From Patescibacteria group bacterium (GTDB lineage Bacteria; Patescibacteriota; Minisyncoccia; Phycocordibacterales; Phycocordibacteraceae), in NCBI GenBank assembly GCA_040384705.1, contig JAZKIU010000001.1:295675-338025 (forward strand): a stretch of 42,351 nt of DNA, given 5' to 3'. Shown here one piece after another: positions 17,618 to 25,960 of this stretch. The notes beneath the pieces are model-generated. The model saw only the letters and a list, made by a program, of their open reading frames with translations, was not told the DNA's origin and did not search any database. Made by a program: the position numbers and the translations under genes. Position 1 is the first letter of the stretch, and each line of letters begins with the position of its first letter.

Positions 17618-17727
17618 TTCTACGCCCTTGCATTCTGAATGGAAGATAGGCAGAGGAATCGAACACGAACCTCTAGCGAGGATTATACACACTAATATAG
17701 AAAAAGCAAGAGGTACTAGCTCCCGTG

Positions 17728-18894
17728 CTACGGAAGAAACTGACGGAAGAATCCCTGCAGTCCGTTGAAGATGTCCTTTGCGCTCCGTTTCTTGGGGCTG
17801 GTCTCCGTGTCCCCGGTGAGCCCCCAGAGCGCAAGGCCGTACGCGACCGCCCAGGTGGCGTCACGGACCTTCACATCGGTCGTGAGGCGCATGTCAGCGA
17901 TGCGCGAAGGGAGATTGAGCGTACCCTTGGCGATATCGGTGATGAGGCCCTGGCCCGCGCCTCCTCCCGAGATGATGACGCCCGCCGGGAGCGTGCGGCC
18001 GCGACCGAGCTGCTTCAGATGCTTATCGATCAAATCGAAGATCATGCGGAAGCGAGAGGTGATTATCTCCTCCACCTTGCGGCGCGGGTACATGCTGCCC
18101 GAAAGCCGGCCGAGCTTGAGGCGCTCCGCGTCCTCGAGCGATACCTTGAACCCGAGCGCGAGGTCGTCGGTGATATGCGACGACCCTAGTGGGAACACCT
18201 TCACGGAAACAGGAAGCCCTTCGTCATACACGACTATGGAAACGGTCTCAGAACCGATGTTCGCGAGTACGCAGCCCTTCATCTTCTGGTCCTTGGTGAG
18301 GGTGACGTACGAACCAGCAAGAGGGGACGCCATGCGGTCGATGACCTCGATATCTGCGGATTCGGTCACGCTCTCAAGGAGGTCCGCATGCTGCGAGAGG
18401 CATGTTATGAAAAGATAGTCGGCTTCGAGACGCGTGCCCTTCATGCCTACCGGTTCGCCGAGCGACTTGGAACCATCTACCCGGAACTCAAGCGGTATCT
18501 CATGGAGGACGGTGCGGTTAAGGAAGTTAGGGGAGGCAGCCTGGCGCGCGGTCTCTCGCGTCTTCTCGATATCGAGCTCGGTTATCTCCTGGTCGGCGCG
18601 TGAGATAACCGTCTCGCCCTGAGCGCGCACCTCGTCGAGGCTAATCCCGCCAATGGCGAGGAACCCGCGCTTCACCGGCACCCCCGCTACCTGCTCTGCC
18701 TGCTCGCGTGCGGCCCGTATGCTCGCTGCCGCGTCCTCCGGGTCCACTACGTACCCGTGGCGCAGCCCACGGGTCTCTGCGAGGCCGGTACCGATGATGC
18801 GGAGGATGGGGCCCTCGGGCGTACGCACCTCCTCGACCACCACCACTTTCGTGTGGTGGGTGCCGATATCAATGCCGGTGGCGATGCGTCGCAT
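17728..18894 (-). CDS. ftsA: cell division protein FtsA
   Basis: GIDIGT, GLRHG.VVD, NIGSET, G...ITDDLA, AERLK, GVIISGGGA; near ftsZ. Confidence 0.93.
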   Translation of the reverse strand: MRRIATGIDIGTHHTKVVVVEEVRTPEGPILRIIGTGLAETRGLRHGYVVDPEDAAASIRAAREQAEQVAGVPVKRGFLAIGGISLDEVRAQGETVISRADQEITELDIEKTRETARQAASPNFLNRTVLHEIPLEFRVDGSKSLGEPVGMKGTRLEADYLFITCLSQHADLLESVTESADIEVIDRMASPLAGSYVTLTKDQKMKGCVLANIGSETVSIVVYDEGLPVSVKVFPLGSSHITDDLALGFKVSLEDAERLKLGRLSGSMYPRRKVEEIITSRFRMIFDLIDKHLKQLGRGRTLPAGVIISGGGAGQGLITDIAKGTLNLPSRIADMRLTTDVKVRDATWAVAYGLALWGLTGDTETSPKKRSAKDIFNGLQGFFRQFLP

Positions 18895-19285
18895 GAGTAG
18901 AAGAGGGAATATCGATGAGACGAGCGAGAAGCGCTCGTTCCTGATGTTCCATTGTAGTGCCGTGACGCTTTCCGGCCAAATGGAAGCAGCCGTGGATAAA
19001 AAGATATCCGACGAAAACCGTGTAGCTCATATCGAACGAAGGTGCCTGCCGCTTCGCTTCGTTCAAGCAGATGATTATCTCCCCCGACTTCGGGCCCGAC
19101 TGGTAGGAGAGTACGTTCGGGACATAGTCCTTGCTGCGAAGCACCTCGTTCAGGTGCTTCGCTCTCGCCTCGCCTGCGAATACGAGCGAGATATCCCAGC
19201 CGGGAAGGGCGAGGGACGCCGCCTTAGCGTACGGAAAGCGGGGTACCGGGCTCCGGGTGAAGTTGCGGGTATCGAGGGTGCTCAT
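18869..19285 (-). CDS. ybeY: rRNA maturation RNase YbeY
   Basis: LN...R.KD..PNVLSY, GEIIIC, HGCFHLAGKRH (H-x3-H-x5-H), M...E. Confidence 0.88.
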   Translation of the reverse strand: MSTLDTRNFTRSPVPRFPYAKAASLALPGWDISLVFAGEARAKHLNEVLRSKDYVPNVLSYQSGPKSGEIIICLNEAKRQAPSFDMSYTVFVGYLFIHGCFHLAGKRHGTTMEHQERALLARLIDIPSSTHATHRHRH

Positions 19286-19311
19286 GGGGAAAGTATAGCG
19301 TTCTAATGCGA

Positions 19312-19332
19312 AAGCCCCGCGAGGCGGGGCTT
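19312..19332 (-). terminator. terminator after rpsU
   Basis: aagccccgc-gag-gcggggctt. Confidence 0.7.
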
Positions 19333-19336
19333 GTTG

Positions 19337-19594
19337 CTATCGCTTGCGGGTCTTGCGAGCAGCCGGGTCGATCTTGCCGAGCTTCACCTGCTCATTGTAT
19401 TCCGCAATCACCTTGCCGCGAACCATGGCGCGAGCGTGGTCCACGTTCTTGGACTTGGTGCGGGCGTAGTAGCGGCGCTTGCGGAGCGCGCGTACGAGAC
19501 CGAGGCCCTGGCCACGGCGGGAGAAGCGGCGGATAAGGGAGGCGGAACTCTCGTTCTTGCCGCGCTTAACCTCTACGCGTACTGCGTTAGTCAT
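19337..19594 (-). CDS. rpsU: 30S ribosomal protein bS21 (CPR-type)
   Basis: VEVKR.KNES..SLIRRFSRR....G.V...RKRRYY.R..S; very basic. Confidence 0.8.
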   Translation of the reverse strand: MTNAVRVEVKRGKNESSASLIRRFSRRGQGLGLVRALRKRRYYARTKSKNVDHARAMVRGKVIAEYNEQVKLGKIDPAARKTRKR

Positions 19595-19691
19595 ACAGCG
19601 GAGATTACCATATCGGGGCATTTACTGTCTAGCGGGTATGGAAAACGCCCGCGAGTTCAAAGACTCGCGGGCGCTGTGACGGCTGATGGGC

Positions 19692-19928
19692 TCAGCGGAG
19701 CCGGCCGAGGCCGAGCAGGATGAAGAGGGTGCCCACCGTCGTCCCGACGCCCCCGATGATGGCGACCCAGGTCCGCATCTGCGATGAGATGAGTCGCGGA
19801 TCGTCGGAAAGGGGAAGGGGAATTCCCGCCAGCCACACGACGAGCATGAGGCTCGGGATGATTAGGATCATGCCGATGGAAAGAGCGAGGTGGTTGGCGT
19901 TGCGAACGCCGGGGTGACCAAAGGCCAT
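19692..19928 (-). CDS. small 2-TM membrane protein (78 aa), stand-alone cassette
   Basis: TTGACA-N16-TATATT promoter, TGGAGATTCT RBS, two hydrophobic helices. Confidence 0.7.
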   Translation of the reverse strand: MAFGHPGVRNANHLALSIGMILIIPSLMLVVWLAGIPLPLSDDPRLISSQMRTWVAIIGGVGTTVGTLFILLGLGRLR

Positions 19929-20002
19929 TGAGAATCTCCAATTGATGCTGGAGGCAATATACTCTTTTTGTATAAAATGTCAAGCGCCCAGCGTGCGGGC
20001 GC

Positions 20003-21154
20003 TTAGGCAACCAGCTTAAGACGCTCTATCAAAAGATCGAGCGGTATGAACGTCTCGGTATGGGTGGAGCGCTCACGGAGTATCACGGAGCGCTCGAGCG
20101 CCTCCTTGCGGCCCATGATGAGGACGTACTGCGGGTTAGCTGTATCGACGAGACGCATCTGCTCGGTCAGGGACGCGATGCCGATGGACTGGGTCATCGG
20201 GATGCGCGCACGGCGGAGATCGTCCGCAATCTTCATGCTCTCGCGCTTGGCCTCGTCCCCGATATGCACGAACACGAAGCGCGGTGCAGCCTTCTGCTTG
20301 ATAGGAGCGATAGGTTCCTTGCCTTCGACATTGATGCGGACCACGGCCCCGACTGACGGAAGATGCGCCTTGAAGAAGGGACGCGCGAATTCGTTGTACC
20401 GCGAGCCCCACGCCTGTATGCCCTCGGCGCCCGTTATCTCGAAGCAGGTGTCGCTCCATGCGCTCCCGCGCGAGAGAAGGCTCGGTGCGAGGTCATAGGG
20501 GGTGTCGGTCGATTCGAGGTACTCGAGCACGCCCTCGAAATGCTTACGGCTGTTCTCGGAAAGATGATCGGTAGGCGAAGGGAGCTCCTCGGAGTCAGAG
20601 GACACCGCGAGAAGCTCGGCCGCCTGGAACACATCGCCCTGACGCGCCGAAGAGACGCAATCCACCGGCAGGGTCGCGCTCTGCTTACGGAAGAACGAAG
20701 TGAGCTCCCGCGCGAAGCGTCCACGCGTCTCGCGGTCGCCCATGGAATTCAGGCGGAGGCGGATGTCGCCATGCGTGAGATCGCTCACGAGCGAGCGTAC
20801 CGCACGGATGAGTACCGCGTCCGCTATCGCATGCTCGACGCCGAGCACATGGAACTGCACGACTATCTGCTTGGGGGAAGGTCGTCCGCTCGCGGCATTC
20901 GTGTGCCAGAGGAAAAGCGGCTGGAGCGGCGAAGGGACCACCCCGCTATCGCGCACCTGCTTCAGGAGCGTCGCCACCTCGCGCGCGGTAGGGTCGAGCG
21001 CATCGAGCGCTATCGAGTCAGGGAAGGGGGCTTTGGCGGCCACTCCTCGCTTCGCCTGCGCGAGCGAGGAGAAGGGAACGAATCCATAGTAAGTACCGAT
21101 GGCGTGTACACGCTTGAGGACATCATCCGGTCGGTGCGCTACGTGGGTGCTCAT
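20003..21154 (-). CDS. HisRS-like protein, degenerate catalytic domain plus anticodon-binding domain
   Basis: YYGF N-terminus, LRLNSMGD, HF..V.EYL, L.RG...., GSRYN, C-terminal HGTP-like domain (QMR......YVLIMG.KE...VILR); class II motif 2 is eroded. Confidence 0.75.
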   Translation of the reverse strand: MSTHVAHRPDDVLKRVHAIGTYYGFVPFSSLAQAKRGVAAKAPFPDSIALDALDPTAREVATLLKQVRDSGVVPSPLQPLFLWHTNAASGRPSPKQIVVQFHVLGVEHAIADAVLIRAVRSLVSDLTHGDIRLRLNSMGDRETRGRFARELTSFFRKQSATLPVDCVSSARQGDVFQAAELLAVSSDSEELPSPTDHLSENSRKHFEGVLEYLESTDTPYDLAPSLLSRGSAWSDTCFEITGAEGIQAWGSRYNEFARPFFKAHLPSVGAVVRINVEGKEPIAPIKQKAAPRFVFVHIGDEAKRESMKIADDLRRARIPMTQSIGIASLTEQMRLVDTANPQYVLIMGRKEALERSVILRERSTHTETFIPLDLLIERLKLVA

Positions 21155-21702
21155 TGCGGTTCGTTCACGGCCCCCGGAAGTACCCCGGTCTTAGCGGGCG
21201 GCAGAAGCCTGAGGAAGGCGCGGCCCATGATGTCTTCCTTAGGGAGCGCTCCCCAGACCCTCGAGTCCGAGCTCCTCGGACGGTTGTCGCCCATCACGAA
21301 GAACTCGCCGTCCCCGAGCGTGGAATCGATGGTGTATGTGGCGTCTTCAGCGACGACATACGACTCGTCGAGCGTGATACTGGTCCCGTCGGTCTTGGTA
21401 ATGCTCGTCTTGCCCTCATTGATATGCACGGTCTCGCCCGGAAGCCCGATGATGCGCTTGATGTAGAAGATCTTAGGGTCGTTCGGGTAGCGGAACACGA
21501 TGACATCGCCACGCTTAGGGTCATTGAAACGGTAGGAGAGCTGGTCGACGATGAGATAGTCGGCGCTTTCGAAGGTGGGATGCATGCTTTCGCCCTCGAC
21601 GACGAATGGCTGCGCGACGAAGAGTCGTATGGGAACAACGATGACAATAGCGAGAGCGATGAATGTGAGTATCTCTTTCATCGCGGTCCCGAGGAACTTC
21701 AT
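21151..21702 (-). CDS. lepB: signal peptidase I
   Basis: GESMHPT (Ser), RGDVIVF, YIKRIIGLPGE (Lys), FVMGDNR..SSDSR. Confidence 0.96.
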   Translation of the reverse strand: MKFLGTAMKEILTFIALAIVIVVPIRLFVAQPFVVEGESMHPTFESADYLIVDQLSYRFNDPKRGDVIVFRYPNDPKIFYIKRIIGLPGETVHINEGKTSITKTDGTSITLDESYVVAEDATYTIDSTLGDGEFFVMGDNRPRSSDSRVWGALPKEDIMGRAFLRLLPPAKTGVLPGAVNEPQ

Positions 21703-21786
21703 GTGCAGGTATTGTATTCCTACTTACCCGCGCGTCAACTAATGCGCATTCCCTGACCGAAAGCGGAGCGCATCTCGTTCTTTGCT

Positions 21787-22557
21787 ATGATGACCCGGAT
21801 GCAGAAAGAAGAATTCGTTATCAAGAACCGCGGAGGGAAACGGATGCCCGCGACGCTGCGCAAGCGTGAGGGTGAAGCGAAGGGCACATTCGTACTGCTG
21901 CATGGCCTCGGTGGCTGGAAGGATCAATCGGTCATAGCTTCCGTAGCGAATGCAGCCTGCGCAATTGGATACCGAACGATTACGTTCGACGCCGCTGATG
22001 GAGCGGTTGCGCCTGATGCGGATTTCTTCGAACAGACGACGAGTGGGTACCTAGAGGATGTGGAAGATGTCATGCGATACCTCCATGAATCAAAGCTGAT
22101 TACGGAATCGGTTATCCTTGCGGGTCACAGTATGGGCGGGTTGGTTGCCCTTGCGTATGCGCGTACGCACCCCGAGCTCGCGAAGCTCGTACTTCTCGCT
22201 CCGGCAGTATCGTGGAAAGTGATGTGGTGGGCGCAAGTCCCGTACTTTCTCCTGTGGCTTATCGTCGGGTACCGGAGATGGTATGGCCCGTATGGCTCGC
22301 GCCCGCGGCTAGGGCGAAGATGGGTCTTCGACTTCTTCCGATTCGATGGATATCGTTCCGCACACTCCATATCGGTTCCAGTTCTCATCGTATCTGCAGG
22401 CAAAGACCACACCGTCGCGCGACCATGGGAGCATCGCTCGTTCGCCCGCGCATTCAATAACGCGACGCATCGAGTGGTCCCCGGCGCGGCCCATGCCTTC
22501 CCGAAGCACACCGAAGAAGCGGCTGGTATAGTTACCTCATGGCTTACGTCATCATAG
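21787..22557 (+). CDS. alpha/beta fold hydrolase
   Basis: LLHGLGG, GHSMGG nucleophile elbow, D (GKDHTV), H (GAAHAF). Confidence 0.9.
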   Translation: MMTRMQKEEFVIKNRGGKRMPATLRKREGEAKGTFVLLHGLGGWKDQSVIASVANAACAIGYRTITFDAADGAVAPDADFFEQTTSGYLEDVEDVMRYLHESKLITESVILAGHSMGGLVALAYARTHPELAKLVLLAPAVSWKVMWWAQVPYFLLWLIVGYRRWYGPYGSRPRLGRRWVFDFFRFDGYRSAHSISVPVLIVSAGKDHTVARPWEHRSFARAFNNATHRVVPGAAHAFPKHTEEAAGIVTSWLTSS

Positions 22558-23138
22558 GGCTCGGGAACAGGGGCGCGGAATACGCGAAGACCCGGCACAA
22601 CGCCGGGCGCATGGTGGCGGAACTCCTGGCGAGCAAGGAAGGGTTCGAGTGGAAACTGAACAAAGCGGCGCAGGCGATAGTCGCCCACGGCGCGCTCGAC
22701 GACCAGAAGGTCATCGTCGCGCTTCCCGAGACGATGATGAACCTTTCGGGGAAGTCGGCAGCGGCCCTCGTGAAGAGTAAGGCGGCCGCGAAGAAGCTTT
22801 TAGTAATACGTGACGAACTCGACCTTCCGCTCGGCACGATAAAGATGACGATGCCGGGTCGAGGCTCGGGCGGGCACAAGGGCATCGAGAGCATCATGCG
22901 AGCGCTCAAGACGAAGGATTTCGTACAGATGAAGATAGGCATCTCGCCCGCGACCCCCAAGGGAAAGCTGCGGAAGCCTGAGGCCGGAGAGAAGGTCATC
23001 TCGCACGTCATCGGGAAGTTCTCGCCCAAGGAGGAGCTGCTTCTCAAGAAAACACTCGCGCGCGCAGCTGAAGCGGCGCGGCTATTCGTGACCGAAGGAA
23101 CGGGAACGGCGATGCTCCTCGCCAATACGTCTTCATAA
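22539..23138 (+). CDS. pth: peptidyl-tRNA hydrolase
   Basis: IIGLGN.G.EY..TRHNAG, P.T.MNLSG, DELDLP.G, SGGHKG. Confidence 0.95.
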   Translation: MAYVIIGLGNRGAEYAKTRHNAGRMVAELLASKEGFEWKLNKAAQAIVAHGALDDQKVIVALPETMMNLSGKSAAALVKSKAAAKKLLVIRDELDLPLGTIKMTMPGRGSGGHKGIESIMRALKTKDFVQMKIGISPATPKGKLRKPEAGEKVISHVIGKFSPKEELLLKKTLARAAEAARLFVTEGTGTAMLLANTSS

Positions 23139-23233
23139 TTATTTCATCTTTCCGTGTTGCTATGACGCAGTGATTAGGGCATAGTTCGGCCAGAGAGACT
23201 GTTATCTTCACCCTGTCGGAAAGGACAATCGAG

Positions 23234-24019
23234 ATGACCATGGAGGAATTGATGGCCCTGCTCTTAGAGCACGGCATCGTCCCTCATGAGTTATCGTGGG
23301 GGACCGGTACGGCACGAACACCCGAAAAGCTTCTGCAAGAGGTGAATAAGGGCGAATGCCAACTCGTTTCCATTGAAGTGAACGGGCAGCGCTGCCTTCT
23401 GCGCAGGACTCATATCGCCCTCGTCGACGTCTATATAGATCTTAGGAACGGCCAGCGTCTCGCGCTTGTTGAGACGGCGCATGTCCGCAACCTAGACTCC
23501 TTCGCTTCTCCTAAGTCGTTCGTTAATCGATTGCTCGATACGACGCTCACCGAGAAGGGCGAGAATGGCGAGGACGCGCTCATGACGGCAATCCGCGCGC
23601 TCTTCGAGGAATTGCGATTCGCGGGCTTCGACCCCTCGCTCGATAGCCTCGAGCAATTCATGCGAGACCATCCACATGTGTTCACCGAGGAGGACCGCGC
23701 GCAGCTTCGCCCAATAAGTATCGGCGAGATGTTCGAGGCTCCGGTCGGTGAGGAGATGCTGCCGAAGGTAGACGCAGAGAGCCTTCTTGCGCAGTACTGC
23801 TCGCTTACGGGCTCGCCACCTTGGCGTCCTCAGCAGTTCAAGTACACGCGCAGCTATCCCTCGCCTTCGTACCCAGGGACACTGACCGAGTCGAAATCCC
23901 ACTGGCTCGTCTATCTGATGATAAATCGTCATCAATTCGCGATCGGGTACTACGATCGGGACGGCAATAAGCTTACGACTTACGACTGGCGGGATACATC
24001 CCGCGTCAGTCGCAGATAA
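23234..24019 (+). CDS. hypothetical protein, degenerate Nudix-like fold
   Basis: WG.G.A.T...L..E...GEC.L; EK...GED...A.RAL.EEL (Nudix box-like); SPSYPG; own promoter (TTGCTA-N17-CATAGT) and AAGGA RBS. Confidence 0.65.
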   Translation: MTMEELMALLLEHGIVPHELSWGTGTARTPEKLLQEVNKGECQLVSIEVNGQRCLLRRTHIALVDVYIDLRNGQRLALVETAHVRNLDSFASPKSFVNRLLDTTLTEKGENGEDALMTAIRALFEELRFAGFDPSLDSLEQFMRDHPHVFTEEDRAQLRPISIGEMFEAPVGEEMLPKVDAESLLAQYCSLTGSPPWRPQQFKYTRSYPSPSYPGTLTESKSHWLVYLMINRHQFAIGYYDRDGNKLTTYDWRDTSRVSRR

Positions 24020-24055
24020 CCCCGGCCGGCAACGGTCGGGGAACTTTTTATAACA

Positions 24056-24087
24056 AACAAGCCCGGAGCGAATGCTCCGGGCTTGTT
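24056..24087. terminator. bidirectional terminator
   Basis: aacaagcccggagc / gctccgggcttgtt. Confidence 0.85.
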
Positions 24088-24102
24088 CTCATCTGGCACC
24101 TA

Positions 24103-25236
24103 CTACTTCTTCGCCTTAGCGTCCGCGTACGACAACGTCATGCGCTGATCCTTAGGCTCGAAGAGCGTGATGGAGAACGGGTAGGTCTTCCCGAGCTCGA
24201 GCGCATCACGGAGAGCTGCAGGGGACTCGAACTCCGAGATGTGCACCAAGCCCGCAACGCCCTCCTCGATGGAGGCGAGCGCACCGTGCTTGTTGTACTT
24301 GATGACGACTCCCTGGACGTCCATACCCTTCTTATACTTCTCGGACGCGACCTTCCATGGGTTCTCACGAAGCGCCTTCACAGAGAGCGATACCTTGCCA
24401 TCCTTCACCTCGATGACCTTCACCTGGGTGCGGTCGCCTACGGAGAAGAGGGCGCGAGGGTCCTCAACGAGGCCCCAATCGAGCTCAGAAATGTGCACGA
24501 GGCCTTCAAGGCCCGGTTCGAGCTTCACGAACACGCCGAAGTCGACGGCGCCGGTGACCTCTCCCTCGAGCACGTCACCTACCTGGTACTTATCGATGAG
24601 CGAAGCCTTCTCCTGCTCCTCGTCGCCTGCGCGCTCGGAGAAGATGAGCTTGCCCTCCTTAGCGTCCGCGGTGATGATGCGGACCGAAAGCGGGATGCCC
24701 TGGAGCTTGAGAAGCTCGGAGAATATCTTGTCCTTATCGCCCTCGGGCACGCGTGGGTAGTGCTCCTTCGCGAGCTGGGATGCAGGAAGGAATCCCTGGA
24801 TGCCCTGCCACGAGAGGATGAGACCGCCCTTGTTCGCTTCCTCCACCGTGAGGGTGTAGATGGTCTGCGCGGCAATAGCCTGCTCGGCTTCGCCCCAGAT
24901 AGCGGCTTGGCGAGCTTCCTTGAGCGAGAGCTCGATGTATCCATCGAGTCCGGATGGGTCTACGACCTTCGCGGTGATGGTGTCGCCCGGGTTCGCCTTA
25001 CGGAGAACGTCAGCGGCGTTGAGGTACTCGCGGCCGTAAATAATACCGGTACCGAACGGTGGGAGGTCGACATAGAGACGACCGCGCACGAGCTCGATGA
25101 TGGTACCCTCGACCAAATCCCCCGAACGAGGCGGGGTCGCAATTGCGTCTATCTTATCTGCCATCGGGTGGCCGGGGTCGACCGTAAAGGTCACCACCGT
25201 AGCCGGGCGAGCGGCAGGATTCTTTTCTTCTGACAT
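24103..25236 (-). CDS. rpsA: 30S ribosomal protein S1 (4 S1 domains)
   Basis: ANKGGL, GFLPASQL, DFGVFV...EGLVHISEL, GLVHISE. Confidence 0.9.
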   Translation of the reverse strand: MSEEKNPAARPATVVTFTVDPGHPMADKIDAIATPPRSGDLVEGTIIELVRGRLYVDLPPFGTGIIYGREYLNAADVLRKANPGDTITAKVVDPSGLDGYIELSLKEARQAAIWGEAEQAIAAQTIYTLTVEEANKGGLILSWQGIQGFLPASQLAKEHYPRVPEGDKDKIFSELLKLQGIPLSVRIITADAKEGKLIFSERAGDEEQEKASLIDKYQVGDVLEGEVTGAVDFGVFVKLEPGLEGLVHISELDWGLVEDPRALFSVGDRTQVKVIEVKDGKVSLSVKALRENPWKVASEKYKKGMDVQGVVIKYNKHGALASIEEGVAGLVHISEFESPAALRDALELGKTYPFSITLFEPKDQRMTLSYADAKAKK

Positions 25237-25363
25237 GTGGAATTAAAGCGCGGTTTCTGCGGTGGGTACTGGTGCCTTACGGCCTCCAGGGATAGCCCTC
25301 TCGCTACGTATATCCGCACGCTTCGAACAGGGGGACTATACCAGGGAACGTATATAAGTGAAA

Positions 25364-25389
25364 CCCCCGCCAGCATATGCTGGCGGGGG
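25364..25389 (-). terminator. terminator (perfect palindrome)
   Basis: cccccgccagcat|atgctggcggggg followed by UUUC on minus strand. Confidence 0.75.
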
Positions 25390-25441
25390 CTGTTGATTCC
25401 GGGGCCGACACCCAGCTGGGTGAAGTCGGCGCCGCCGGCGA

Positions 25442-25597
25442 TCAGGTGGTCGTGGCGTTCGTACAATGGCCGCGGTCGCCCAGGTGCGGGTCGCCGGCGC
25501 CGATCAGGTCGTCGAGGCCGAGGCGGCCGTCGCGGGTGCTGACACTCCAGAAGTTACGGCCGAACTGGGCCGGGGGACTGGTCTGGTGGCGGGACAT
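25442..25597 (-). CDS. small hypothetical protein (51 aa), possibly frameshifted near 25466
   Basis: MSRHQTSPPAQFGRNFWSVSTRDGRLGLDDLIGAGDPHLGDRGHCTNATTT*; TGGAGACT RBS; TTGACA-N17-TAGTTT promoter; strong GC3 bias. Confidence 0.55.
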   Translation of the reverse strand: MSRHQTSPPAQFGRNFWSVSTRDGRLGLDDLIGAGDPHLGDRGHCTNATTT

Positions 25598-25750
25598 GGG
25601 AGTCTCCATTGAAGGTTCCAACAGCTGAGGATGGTCTTCTTCCGGCCGAGGCCTCGAGCATCGTCAGGTCAGGGCGTTTGCCGATGACCCGGAAAAACTA
25701 TCACACCCCCATAGACTTGTCAAGTACCCTGTGGATGTGTCGAAATATAG

Positions 25751-25783
25751 AAAAACGCCTTCGCCCTGGTTGGGGCGAAGGCG
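25751..25783 (-). terminator. terminator after 40-aa membrane microprotein
   Basis: cgccttcgccc / gggcgaaggcg plus U-run on minus strand. Confidence 0.75.
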
Positions 25784-25837
25784 CGATTTTCGATGCGGCT
25801 CCAGGGGTAGCGGACGCCGCACCGGGGATGTCGGCGG

Positions 25838-25960
25838 CTATTCCTCCTTGCTCTTGGCGGAGGCGATGCCGATGACGGCGGCGCCGGCCAGGACCAGGAG
25901 GCCAAGCCCGATGCCGAAACGGGTGATGAGGGGCTTGTTTTCCTTGATGAACTTGTCCAC
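25838..25960 (-). CDS. single-TM microprotein (40 aa, GTG start)
   Basis: MDKFIKENKPLITRFGIGLGLLVLAGAAVIGIASAKSKEE*; TGGAGATTCT RBS; TTGACA-N16-TATACT promoter with extended -10. Confidence 0.7.
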   Translation of the reverse strand: MDKFIKENKPLITRFGIGLGLLVLAGAAVIGIASAKSKEE

